Shown here piece by piece: positions 51,491 through 61,461 of a stretch of DNA of 64,000 bases. The translations under genes and the position numbers were made by a program. Below the pieces are notes generated by a model that saw only the letters and a list, made by a program, of their open reading frames with translations, was not told the DNA's origin and made no database searches. Each line of letters begins with the position of its first letter. The stretch's first letter is position 1. Location: NCBI GenBank assembly GCA_963701075.1, contig OY969559.1:1851939-1915938 (forward strand), given 5' to 3'. This DNA comes from an uncultured Nitrososphaerota archaeon (lineage in GTDB: Archaea > Thermoproteota > Nitrososphaeria > Nitrososphaerales > Nitrosopumilaceae).

Positions 51491-52402
51491 TTAACCCACT
51501 TCCATCTTGGTGAATGCGTAGGTACCAAGAAACAGGAAGAAGAGAGCACACCCTGCTATGACTGCAAAGTCAACAAATGGCGATATGAGGTAGACACCAG
51601 TAAGAGAACCTCTGATACCATCAATTCCATATGTGAGGGGGTTAACGAACTGGACCTGGTAGAGAACAGGTATGCCCTTGACTACATTTATGGGAAACAT
51701 GCTGCCCGAAAGAAAGAACAGTGGCATCTCTATCATTGCCACAAGAGCCATGAACCCTTCAGTCCCTTCTATGAGTGCACCAAGTGTCAAACCAAAGCCC
51801 ACGAAGGTCCAAAACGTGACCACCATAAACCCAAGCGCTAGCAGCAAACCAGTAAAGCTGACAATATGGAAACCAAACCATATGCCAAAGAACAACGCAA
51901 TGGATAACGAGATTAGCCCCTGAAACATTGCTATAGTCATAGCACCAAGACTCCTCCCAATCATGAGCGAAGTGCGCCTGACTGGAGCAACCATGACCTC
52001 TTTTAGGAAACCAAACTCCTTGTCCCAGAGAACTGTTACACCACTGTTAGTGCCAGAGAAGAGAAGCCCCATTCCCAAGATTCCTGGGACAACGAATGCA
52101 AAAAATGGAAGACCATAAAAAAAGTTTCCTGACGGGAATAGCTTGCTCAGTGGCAATCCAAAGAGAATCATCCATGTAAACGGCGAGACCAGTGCAGAGG
52201 CAGTTCTAGTCTTCATTCGGAAGAAACGTATTAGTTCCCGGAGCCACATGCTGTAGATTGGCTGACCCTCCAGCAGCGGTCTCTTCTTTTTTCCGGCCCT
52301 CATAACATCGCTTCTTGTCTTAATCTCAGATGGCTTATCTGCTTGTTGATCGTATTTCTTCTCTTTGACCCCTGATTGGTCAGTATTGTGTTGGTCTTCC
52401 AA
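51491..52402 (-). CDS. ABC-2 type exporter permease
   Basis: FVVPGILGM, DKEFGFLKEVMVAPV, PLFFLSG, NPLTY. Confidence 0.92.
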   Translation of the reverse strand: MEDQHNTDQSGVKEKKYDQQADKPSEIKTRSDVMRAGKKKRPLLEGQPIYSMWLRELIRFFRMKTRTASALVSPFTWMILFGLPLSKLFPSGNFFYGLPFFAFVVPGILGMGLLFSGTNSGVTVLWDKEFGFLKEVMVAPVRRTSLMIGRSLGAMTIAMFQGLISLSIALFFGIWFGFHIVSFTGLLLALGFMVVTFWTFVGFGLTLGALIEGTEGFMALVAMIEMPLFFLSGSMFPINVVKGIPVLYQVQFVNPLTYGIDGIRGSLTGVYLISPFVDFAVIAGCALFFLFLGTYAFTKMEVG

Positions 52403-52404
52403 CT

Positions 52405-53412
52405 TTATCTTGCTCCTGCTCTTCTCATGTTTCTTTTCATCTGCATATCCTTTGACACACCTTCGGCTTCACGTATTGTTCTTCCGGTCAGTTGAACAAA
52501 GACATCTTCGAGGTTTGGTTCACGTTCATCTATTGATATGATTGTAAAACCATGTTTTTCTGAAAAGCTTACAAGCTCTGCCACTCTTCCTTCTCCACGT
52601 TCCACATCCAGCAGAATCTCCTTGCCATATTCTTCAGCTCCTTTTACCCACTCAAGCTGCTTCACTTTGCTTACAAACTCTAGACCTTTTTCTTTTTGAT
52701 TTGCTATTGCGACCGAGATAAGGTTCGTGCCAACAGCTTCCTTTAGTTTGGCAGGAGTATCAATTGCTATGATTTTTCCTTGGTCTATGATTGCAACGCG
52801 GTCGCATAGATAATCGGCCTCCTCAATGTAATGTGTGGTAAGAGAAACGGTTACGCCCTCTGTTTCCCTGGCGGTCTTTATCTGCTCCCACAAGTCCATC
52901 CTTGCCTTGATATCAAATCCAATTGTGGGCTCGTCCAAAAAGACGACCTCGGGAGAGGTAATGAAGCCTCTGGCAACTTCAAATCTCCGCCGAACTCCCT
53001 CGGGAAGGTCGTAAAGCTTGACATTCTCTTTGCCCTTTAGGTCAAGCAGAGCAATTACCTCCTCTATTCTTTTCTTCCTCTCTTGGCTGTCCAGTTTGTA
53101 CATTCTGGCATGAAAATCTAGGTTCTCCCTGCCAGTAAGCCACCAGTCGCTTGAGCGGTCCTGAAAAACAATACCTATCGAACTTCTGACCTGATCTCTT
53201 TCCTTGACGACGTCGTATCCACATATCTTCGCAGAACCCGATGTTGGGTAGAGAAGAGTAGTCAGCATCTTTATAGCTGTTGATTTTCCAGCCCCGTTGG
53301 GACCAAGGAATCCAAAGATCTCCCCTTTCTTGACTGTAAAGCTAACACCATCAACTGCTGTAAAATCCCCAAACTTCTTGGTAAGCCTGTCTGTCTCTAT
53401 TGCAGCTTCCAA
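52405..53412 (-). CDS. ABC exporter ATP-binding protein (DrrA-like)
   Basis: GPNGAGKST, FLDEPT; signature degenerate (LPEGV). Confidence 0.9.
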   Translation of the reverse strand: MEAAIETDRLTKKFGDFTAVDGVSFTVKKGEIFGFLGPNGAGKSTAIKMLTTLLYPTSGSAKICGYDVVKERDQVRSSIGIVFQDRSSDWWLTGRENLDFHARMYKLDSQERKKRIEEVIALLDLKGKENVKLYDLPEGVRRRFEVARGFITSPEVVFLDEPTIGFDIKARMDLWEQIKTARETEGVTVSLTTHYIEEADYLCDRVAIIDQGKIIAIDTPAKLKEAVGTNLISVAIANQKEKGLEFVSKVKQLEWVKGAEEYGKEILLDVERGEGRVAELVSFSEKHGFTIISIDEREPNLEDVFVQLTGRTIREAEGVSKDMQMKRNMRRAGAR

Positions 53413-53413
53413 T

Positions 53414-54409
53414 TCACTTGTCCACCCCCATTGCTTTCTTCCCTGTATAGTGCAAGAGTACGTCATCCAAACTGGCTCGGTGAGATTTTATCGAGGAGAT
53501 GCCAAATCCGTGATCTGTGGCAAACCTGACTATTTCCACCATGCCAATAATATTATTTTTCATGCCAAGGACAAACGAAGAATCGACTCGCTTGACATTT
53601 TCTACCCATCCCATCTCTCTTAACAGCTTGACAAACTCTTCACCTGAACCCTTGGATATCTTTACTGTTACCAGGTCCTCACCCACAGAGGCCTTGAGCT
53701 GGTCTGGTGTGCCTATAGCTAGTATCCTCCCTTCGTCAATGATGGCGGTCCTGTTGCAAAGGTAGTCAGCCTCGTCAAGATAAGATGTTGAAAGTAGGAC
53801 TGTTGTACCCCTCTCCTTGTTTATCCGTTTGATATAATCCCAAAGGTATCTTCTGGTCTGTACATCTAGGCCTATCGTAGGTTCGTCCAGAAAGAGAATA
53901 TCAGGATATGTCAGCATGCCCCTTGCTATCTCGAGCCTGCGGAGCATTCCTCCCGAGTAGTAGCGCACTTGAGTATCAGCATGAGCCTCAAGTCCTACAG
54001 TTTTGAGGACCTCGGCCACTCGCTTTTCCCTCACCTCTTTTGGTAGGTTGTACATTCGAGCTGCAAAATCAAGATTCTCCTTGCCTGTAAGATAGATGTC
54101 TACTGCTTCCTCTTCAAATACGAGACCTATACAGAGTCTTACACCATCTTTTTCCTTTACTATATCGTAGCCACATACTGTGGCACTGCCTGAATCTGGA
54201 TTCAAGAGTGAGGAGAGCATCATTACGGTTGTAGTCTTGCCTGCGCCATTCAAGCCAACAAGACCGAAGATATCACCTTGAAAAACTTGAAAGCTTACGG
54301 AGTTGACTGCTGCGATCTTTCCGTAGTGTTTGGTGATTGCCCTCACGTCAATAACAGGTTGGCCCTCACCTTCGCTTGTTTCACCAACAATAGTAGTAAC
54401 GTTTGTCAT
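53414..54409 (-). CDS. ABC exporter ATP-binding protein (DrrA-like)
   Basis: GLNGAGKTT, YSGGM, FLDEPT. Confidence 0.92.
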   Translation of the reverse strand: MTNVTTIVGETSEGEGQPVIDVRAITKHYGKIAAVNSVSFQVFQGDIFGLVGLNGAGKTTTVMMLSSLLNPDSGSATVCGYDIVKEKDGVRLCIGLVFEEEAVDIYLTGKENLDFAARMYNLPKEVREKRVAEVLKTVGLEAHADTQVRYYSGGMLRRLEIARGMLTYPDILFLDEPTIGLDVQTRRYLWDYIKRINKERGTTVLLSTSYLDEADYLCNRTAIIDEGRILAIGTPDQLKASVGEDLVTVKISKGSGEEFVKLLREMGWVENVKRVDSSFVLGMKNNIIGMVEIVRFATDHGFGISSIKSHRASLDDVLLHYTGKKAMGVDK

Positions 54410-54898
54410 GCTACCTCCTGAGAAAAATTTTCCAACTTCTTATCTCTTAAAACTTTGATCAAATAAGCAATTAAAAAGGTAACACGTTTCCCAAGTCTGA
54501 GAAACAATCAAGGATTCGAACTGAAATAATGAATTCATGAGCAACCAAAGACGTAACAAATCCTAAAATCAATACTTGCAGTCCTTCAACTCAGATTTTT
54601 ACGTCTACATACGTGCGTACTGGATACCATTTTGGATAAATAGGAAAAAATAGGAAAATTTGGCCCCTTGTTTTTTCTAATATTCTGTGTACCTTTTGGG
54701 TTGATGAGCAAAATAGGAGTGGACTGGAGGGGTTTCACTAACTGCAGCGTCTGAAACCCCTGAATTTTTCTCATTTTTCATGGTTTCATCATTCATGTTG
54801 GTTATGATACTGGACCATATTGTTAAATTTTTGGGACCCCATGCAAATGAATTATTTCACAAGTGTAAAACTGTACAATACTTTACAGCTTTCAGGTA

Positions 54899-55156
54899 GT
54901 TTCAATCCTTGTTATGATGGATTTGTCTTTTTGACAACCTGCTTTGATACCCTCACCTGCTTCGATACCCGTTTCAATCCTTGTTATGATGGATTTGTCT
55001 TTTTGACGATCTCCAAGGTGCATATCTCCGAGGTGCATATCTCGTTTCAATCCTTGTTATGATGGATTTGTCTTTTTGACCATGTTTAATTCTGTCGAAC
55101 CTATCACTGCAAGAAATATGTTTCAATCCTTGTTATGATGGATTTGTCTTTTTGGC
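54899..55156 (-). CRISPR. CRISPR mini-array: 4 repeats (37 bp), 3 spacers (35, 36, 39 bp)
   Basis: GTTTCAATCCTTGTTATGATGGATTTGTCTTTTTGAC at 54899, 54971, 55044, 55120 (last with one mismatch); strand inferred from the ATTGAAAC 3' end. Confidence 0.95.
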
Positions 55157-55209
55157 TTTGCTATTCAAAACCAGATCATTCTTAAATCATTCTTTTTGTG
55201 TAGATCATC

Positions 55210-56898
55210 ATGCTTGCATACGAGTTATTTTTGATTAATAAGAAATCAGATACAAGTGACCCCCGTGGAGGCTCACAGCCAATTAAAAAAATATTCTTTC
55301 AAAATGGTACAGTCATAATAGATAAAGCCCTTGAGGAATACACTTCAGAATATTTGGAAAGAACCAAACAATTACAGGACTGGCTTCAGATGCCATTAAA
55401 CACTATTGACAAGAAAGAACTCAATCTTCCTGATATGAGAGTGTCTTTTGCACAGCCTAGTCCATATGTCGAAGTTTATGGTAATGTTAAAACAAACAAA
55501 AACTCAGAAAGTATGCTATCTATTACAATAGGTAAAAAACCAAACATCATTGAATACTCCTTGGACGTATTGACTGGAAAAATTATTAAGAATCACAACT
55601 CAAAGATCAAGCTCAAAATTGATGACAAAAATTATTTTCTAAAAGACAATAATCTGTTTACATCATATGTTGATTCTGGACTACTAGATAAAGACGGAAC
55701 TATAAACAACAATGCCTTTGATATCATATCTAGAGAGTTTCTAGAATATGCCAAAACCCGTGCTTGCAGTTTGACAACACAGGGAAACCTTAGATTTAGA
55801 ATCTACATCTTACCAAATGATTCTGAAATTAAAGTCAAAGAAAAAGAAATTACAACTAAAGGCGATTCGTTTTTGGATTATTTTGGCAATACGTCATCAG
55901 AGTATGCATCTACACCCACAACAACTACAAAATTTTTGTCATACGATGATAAAGCATTTACAATTAACTGCAAACAAAAAAGTGATTTTTATAAAAATGT
56001 GGGAATTGGGAAAGAGTCACTACAAAAAATTTTTCGTCCTAAAGGAAAAACTTTTAACATTAGTGGACTAGAATGGACATTTCTCAATATTTCTGATAAT
56101 GATTACAAGTTTAAAGATACACGAAAAGGCATTTTGACACAACTGTATGAAAATTATAAAATACTTTCAAAAGACTCTGGACCAAGCAGGCAAATTAATC
56201 TCAAAGTCATTTGTGTGCGAGTTAATCAAGCAAAACAGGAACTTTTGATTGATGAAAACCTTACAATGAAACAAATGTCAAAAATGTTTTCTAAAATAGA
56301 TGAAACAAAAATTCCTTTCTCTGTATTTGAGATACTCATAGACAAATCCAATAAAAATCCCATTTGGAACACCTACTTGTATGTGGTGAAGAATTATCTG
56401 TCCGGCAACTCTGTTTCTAAAGAATTCCTTCTGGCATATTTTACAAAATTGCTCAAACACAAAATATTTGATTGGATAAAACTGAAAAACAATAAAGAAC
56501 AACTCGATTTCTTTTCCAAATCTGACTTTTGTATAAAATACTTAATTAATACAAATATCATACAGAACTACATGAATTCTAATGAAGAGTTTGCACTAAG
56601 AATTGGACAAATTGCAAGACGGTATGTTGATTTTAAACAGAGTAATAAAGATGGAGATAATTCACTAGGAGATATTTTGACATATTCAAAGTATGACCGA
56701 GAGCGATTACGATTTGTATATTCTAGAATATCACGTGGAGTTCAGCTTGCCAAAGTAGCAGATACATCAAAGGACGATGTGACTAAGAAAATTAGCTCAC
56801 TTCGACCTAAAGAAGAAATTTCTGATGATGATGCATCAAAAGATTATTCGTATTTCTTTTTTAATGGATATTACACAAGTCAGGAGATTAAAGCATGA
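55210..56898 (+). CDS. cas8b: type I-B large subunit Cas8b (divergent)
   Basis: first gene before cas7-cas5-cas3; size; C-terminal helical Cas11-like region ending FFNGY. Confidence 0.75.
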   Translation: MLAYELFLINKKSDTSDPRGGSQPIKKIFFQNGTVIIDKALEEYTSEYLERTKQLQDWLQMPLNTIDKKELNLPDMRVSFAQPSPYVEVYGNVKTNKNSESMLSITIGKKPNIIEYSLDVLTGKIIKNHNSKIKLKIDDKNYFLKDNNLFTSYVDSGLLDKDGTINNNAFDIISREFLEYAKTRACSLTTQGNLRFRIYILPNDSEIKVKEKEITTKGDSFLDYFGNTSSEYASTPTTTTKFLSYDDKAFTINCKQKSDFYKNVGIGKESLQKIFRPKGKTFNISGLEWTFLNISDNDYKFKDTRKGILTQLYENYKILSKDSGPSRQINLKVICVRVNQAKQELLIDENLTMKQMSKMFSKIDETKIPFSVFEILIDKSNKNPIWNTYLYVVKNYLSGNSVSKEFLLAYFTKLLKHKIFDWIKLKNNKEQLDFFSKSDFCIKYLINTNIIQNYMNSNEEFALRIGQIARRYVDFKQSNKDGDNSLGDILTYSKYDRERLRFVYSRISRGVQLAKVADTSKDDVTKKISSLRPKEEISDDDASKDYSYFFFNGYYTSQEIKA

Positions 56899-57821
56899 CT
56901 TTGACTGAGATTCTGTTTTACTACGAATCAAAGCAAAATCCAAACGGAGATCCTGGATTTGAAAATCAACCAAGAATGATGCCTGATGACACAATAATGG
57001 TAACAGATGTGAGAATAAAGAGAACAATACGCGATTATGCCAGAGATATTCTTGGCGAGACTCTGTTTGTCGATTATGATAAAAATGGTTCTCCAACAAC
57101 AGCTGATGGAAAAGCCAAAGAAATTCTCGGTTCACTTAGTGGAGATGTAATTAGTGGTTTGTTAAAAAAAACATTTGATGTTCCATTGTTTGGTGCGTTA
57201 GTTACAATTAGAAAAGGTTCTGATGATGAATCAGGTTCTGCAAAATTGACTGGTCCATTACAGTTTGGAAATTCCAGAAGCGTAAATAAAGTTCAGATTA
57301 TAAACCCTACAATAGTTGGAAGATTTGTTGGGAAAGAAAAAGAAGGAAAACAATTTTCAACATTTGGAAAATTCTATTCTGTAGAATATGCATTAATCAA
57401 AGTACAGGGAGCAGTAAATCCAAAAAATCTTGGAAAATATAGTGAGGACAAGGAAATTGTAAAAAAATTTGATGAAAAATCATCCATGATTCATAAATGT
57501 CTGTGGCATGGAACAACCAAACTGATTACAAGATCAAAGTTTCCACAACGCAGTATTTTGTATATTGATGTATCTTACAAGAATCAAATCTACAATGATC
57601 TTCCAAATCTAGTTGATGAAAGTAAAGAACTAAAAGGAATGGCAAAGGATCTAGGAGCATCACCATTTGATTTTTCTAAACTAATTGATACGTTATCTAA
57701 AAGAAAGTTGGAGATAGTAATGGTTCAATTGAGAGGTGCGGAGGATGTTTCCAAAGATGTAGATGAACTAGAATCCAAGTTAAAGTCAAAAGGAATCTCA
57801 GTAAAAATACTGTCAGATTGA
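56895..57821 (+). CDS. cas7: Cas7 (Csh2/Cas7b type)
   Basis: NPNGDP..N.PR, VTDVRIKRTIRDY, D..LFG, GPLQF. Confidence 0.93.
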   Translation: MTLTEILFYYESKQNPNGDPGFENQPRMMPDDTIMVTDVRIKRTIRDYARDILGETLFVDYDKNGSPTTADGKAKEILGSLSGDVISGLLKKTFDVPLFGALVTIRKGSDDESGSAKLTGPLQFGNSRSVNKVQIINPTIVGRFVGKEKEGKQFSTFGKFYSVEYALIKVQGAVNPKNLGKYSEDKEIVKKFDEKSSMIHKCLWHGTTKLITRSKFPQRSILYIDVSYKNQIYNDLPNLVDESKELKGMAKDLGASPFDFSKLIDTLSKRKLEIVMVQLRGAEDVSKDVDELESKLKSKGISVKILSD

Positions 57822-58549
57822 AAATCATCTCATTTAGAATATCTGGAGCGTTTGGAGCATTTAGAGATCCATCAGTTACCTCAAACCAAACCGTATACTA
57901 TATTCCCTCAAAAAGTGCGGTAGTTGGGATTTTGGGCGCTATGATTGGAATAAAACGCTCAGATCAGTTAGAAGATATTTACAGTATAGAATATTTGGAT
58001 TTTTTTAAGAATACAAATATTGGAATACAGTTAGAATCTCCCCCAAAAAAAGTGGTATATTTTACAAACCATCGTTCCATAAAAGAGGCAAAAACAAAGC
58101 CATTCAAGACAGAGGTAGTTGAAAATCCAAGATATACAATCTACGTTGATACTGAAAAATCATACTTTGAGAAACTATCAAACGCATTGATGAAAAACCA
58201 GTTTGTATATTCTCCATATCTTGGTCATGCATATTGTCCTGCATCAGTTTTTGATGCCAAAGAAATTGATGCAAAAGTTGTAGATTTTGAATATGAAAAA
58301 ACAAAATGTGTGGTTCTTGATGAATCATATGATCCTAGTTTTACTCTTAAAATGAATCCTACTGATAATGAAGGTTCTTTGATGATAGAAAGACACATCC
58401 ATCATTTTTTTAATGAGGAAAAGTTTGATGGACGTGTTTTAAAACATTGGATTCCAACAAATAATTCAGAGTATAAAATTGAAAGAGACTCTCCAAGAAA
58501 GATGTCAAAGTTTTACAAGGTGGGAGAATACGTTGTGTGCATGTACTAG
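57818..58549 (+). CDS. cas5: Cas5
   Basis: GAFGAFR.P.....Y.IPSKSAVVGILGAMIG; YSPYLG. Confidence 0.93.
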   Translation: MKIISFRISGAFGAFRDPSVTSNQTVYYIPSKSAVVGILGAMIGIKRSDQLEDIYSIEYLDFFKNTNIGIQLESPPKKVVYFTNHRSIKEAKTKPFKTEVVENPRYTIYVDTEKSYFEKLSNALMKNQFVYSPYLGHAYCPASVFDAKEIDAKVVDFEYEKTKCVVLDESYDPSFTLKMNPTDNEGSLMIERHIHHFFNEEKFDGRVLKHWIPTNNSEYKIERDSPRKMSKFYKVGEYVVCMY

Positions 58550-60782
58550 AGAATTTTTATCTCATCCTATTGATGAACCAAAACACTCCCTAATAGAACA
58601 CTTGATTGCGGTTGGAAAAAAATCAAATGAACTTTTTACAGAGACTAGCTTCAAAAATAAAAATATCGCATTTTATTCAGGACTCTTGCACGATGTAGGC
58701 AAGATAAATCCGTGGTATCAAGAAATATTTAATGCAACACAAGATAGGAAAAAAATACAGGAAGACGTATCAACAAAATTTGTACAACAGCATTCTGTAT
58801 TTTCTGCTTGGGCAGCAAAATATCTTTTATCCAAAATTGGATTAGAATATGACATAATTGATAAGATACTTGTGCTAATTTACGGACATCATAGTACAAT
58901 ACGAAGAAACCTCGGTGAGATGAAAAAGGGAAAACAATTCATTGCATCTCATGATTTTATGAAAGAAAGCATCAAAGAATTTTCATCTCAAGTATCTTCC
59001 ATGTCTGAATTTTCCTCTCTGAACTGGAACTTGTGCATGAATGAATTTAGTAATCCTGTATCATTTGATCTAACATTAAATTCGACTAGCACTCCAGATG
59101 ACTTTTTGGAAATGTCTGTGGCATTTTCATGCCTATTGCAAGCCGACAGAGGCAGTTTCAAAGACTGGTCCATCCCAAAATTTGATCTAAGTATTGATAC
59201 TACCTCCCTAGCAAAACCCCAGCAAATGAGAAACTTGTCATCTTCTGCTAGACTTCAACAGGAGAAAATGGGAGACATGAGAAACAGATTCCAAAAAGAA
59301 GTCATGGAGAACTTTGATTATTCTGAAAAAGTCATTGTAATTCATGCCCCCACTGGAATAGGCAAGACCAAGGTCTTTCTTGACCTGATTTCAAAATATA
59401 AAGGCGACAAAATGATTCAACGAGTTTTTTATTTTTCACCACTTTTAGCACTGACTGAAGATTTTGAAAGAAAATTTGAATCAACCCTTCTTCAGGATAA
59501 AAAGCAGTCTAGTGATATTTTAATTTACAATCACATGTTTGCAGATTCACTTGAAGAAAAAAGAAAATCCGAAAATGAAGGATACACTCACGAGTGGAAT
59601 TTTCTAATTGAATCATTTAACAAAAAATTTGTAATAACTACCACCCAGAGACTTTTAATGACCATTTATTCCAATACTGCAACAGATAAATTAAAACTGG
59701 CATCATTTAGAAATGCCATCTTAATTATTGATGAGGTCCAGACAATTCCAAAATTTATTTTATCAAACCTCAAAGAGATATTTCTAAAAATGAGTCAATA
59801 CATGGGAACAAAAATAATACTTGTCAGTGCAACAATTCCAGAAGAAATCGGTGATATGAAACGAGTGAAAATCTCAGAAAAACTTGTATCTGATTATCTT
59901 GATCAAACACAAAAACAAATAGCAGTGGTGAAAAAACTTGACCTTTTAACACTGATAATCAACAAGACACTAGTCATGGCAAACACTAGAAAAAAAGCAG
60001 TCAACATTTACAATGACATATCACAAATTTATACCGATACAACAAAAATTTATCTTTCATCTGGAATAAGAAAAAAAGACAGAATAGAGATTTTAAAAAA
60101 TCTCTTAGAAAAAGAAAACTATGTTTTGGTATCTACTCAAGTAGTAGAAGCAGGAGTGGACATTAGTTTTTCAAATATCTACAGGGAATTTGCTCCACTG
60201 GATAACATCATACAAGTAATGGGGAGATTGAACCGAGAAGGATTAAACCCTGATGCCAAACTGATTATCTATTCAACAGATGGTAATGAATTTCCATACA
60301 GCCAACTTGAATTTGCTGAATCACAGAAAAGACTGGAAAATATACACAATTCAAAGGAACTATACGGTATTTTGAAGTCGTATTACAGTGACATATCTGC
60401 AAGAAACAATCGCAATATTGCAAAAACAGATGATCTTGAACGTTACATCAAAAATTTAGATTTTGATGGTACATGGAAGTTTGTAAAAAATGAACTTTTT
60501 ACAGAAGACGATCGAGACTCGGTTTTTATTCCTGAATTGAAAGACTGGGATCAACTCAAAGATGCACTAGTAAATAATCAGTTGAAAGACAATTTTAAAA
60601 AATATGGATTACTTACTGCGACACTCCCACGCTCAGTCTATAAAATTGGTACAGAGTATTTTGATGAGGCTTTATTAGAGAAAAATATTTTACTTCCAAA
60701 AAAAGAGCATCTTAAAACAATCTATGATGAAAACATGGGATTAGATAAATGGATCATATCTGAAACTGTAAGTAGTGATTGA
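58479..60782 (+). CDS. cas3: Cas3 HD nuclease-helicase (start possibly TTG 58533)
   Basis: LIEHL, LLHDVGK, HH, QAD, APTGIGKT, DEVQ, SAT, QVVEAGVD, QVMGRLNR. Confidence 0.95.
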   Translation: MKETLQERCQSFTRWENTLCACTREFLSHPIDEPKHSLIEHLIAVGKKSNELFTETSFKNKNIAFYSGLLHDVGKINPWYQEIFNATQDRKKIQEDVSTKFVQQHSVFSAWAAKYLLSKIGLEYDIIDKILVLIYGHHSTIRRNLGEMKKGKQFIASHDFMKESIKEFSSQVSSMSEFSSLNWNLCMNEFSNPVSFDLTLNSTSTPDDFLEMSVAFSCLLQADRGSFKDWSIPKFDLSIDTTSLAKPQQMRNLSSSARLQQEKMGDMRNRFQKEVMENFDYSEKVIVIHAPTGIGKTKVFLDLISKYKGDKMIQRVFYFSPLLALTEDFERKFESTLLQDKKQSSDILIYNHMFADSLEEKRKSENEGYTHEWNFLIESFNKKFVITTTQRLLMTIYSNTATDKLKLASFRNAILIIDEVQTIPKFILSNLKEIFLKMSQYMGTKIILVSATIPEEIGDMKRVKISEKLVSDYLDQTQKQIAVVKKLDLLTLIINKTLVMANTRKKAVNIYNDISQIYTDTTKIYLSSGIRKKDRIEILKNLLEKENYVLVSTQVVEAGVDISFSNIYREFAPLDNIIQVMGRLNREGLNPDAKLIIYSTDGNEFPYSQLEFAESQKRLENIHNSKELYGILKSYYSDISARNNRNIAKTDDLERYIKNLDFDGTWKFVKNELFTEDDRDSVFIPELKDWDQLKDALVNNQLKDNFKKYGLLTATLPRSVYKIGTEYFDEALLEKNILLPKKEHLKTIYDENMGLDKWIISETVSSD

Positions 60783-60786
60783 ATAG

Positions 60787-61461
60787 ATGAAGATGTGTGA
60801 TTCTCAAATGAATGACAAAAGAATAAAGATATGCCACGCAATACTGGATTTTGATTCAGAGAAAAATGTAACACCTATACAACTACGAGGATTTTTTGCT
60901 CATCTGTTTACAAATATTTCTGAATTCCACCACCACTCTGATAATTCCTATCACTATCCACTGATTCAATATAAAAGAATTGATAAGAAACTTGCAGTCA
61001 TTGGTATAGGAGAGTTTGCAGACGTTGTATTTGACAAAATGTCAAACCTTGATCACATCACTACTCAAGACCAAAAAATACCGTTAACCAACATTGAGCT
61101 ACAAAACAGCGTCTATTTTCCTAAAGAAGTCGAAAACAAATACAAGTTTACATCCCCTTGGATTGCATTAAACAAAGAAAACTATTCAAAATATACATCG
61201 CTTGAAAAAAAAGATCAGAGACAATTCCTAGAAAAGATTCTTGTAGGAAATATCCTGAGCATGCTAAAAGGAATGGAAATATTCATAGATCAAAAAATAA
61301 CCGTAAAAATAAACAGTTGCAAAACAATTACCACTACTGCACACCAAAATAAGTTTGCAGGATTTTTCTGCGATTGGATTTCCAGCATAACTATTCCAGA
61401 ATACTGTGGTCTTGGAAAAAGCACATCCAAGGGATTTGGAGTTGTAATTAGTTCAAAATGA
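60787..61461 (+). CDS. cas6: Cas6 (Cas6b-type) endoribonuclease
   Basis: YPLIQYK and C-terminal G-rich loop GLGKSTSKGFG. Confidence 0.88.
   Translation: MKMCDSQMNDKRIKICHAILDFDSEKNVTPIQLRGFFAHLFTNISEFHHHSDNSYHYPLIQYKRIDKKLAVIGIGEFADVVFDKMSNLDHITTQDQKIPLTNIELQNSVYFPKEVENKYKFTSPWIALNKENYSKYTSLEKKDQRQFLEKILVGNILSMLKGMEIFIDQKITVKINSCKTITTTAHQNKFAGFFCDWISSITIPEYCGLGKSTSKGFGVVISSK

Noticed and set aside
54486-54815. Degenerate CRISPR repeats or a creTA-like module (CAAGGATTCGAAC at ~54509, GTTTCATC..GTTATGAT at ~54783, hairpin AGGGGTTTCA/TGAAACCCCT at ~54728-54761)
   Set aside because: Matches are short and not at repeat-spacer spacing; the hairpin could simply be a terminator
54820-55062. 80-aa ORF across the mini-array
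   Set aside because: Translation of CRISPR repeats and spacers
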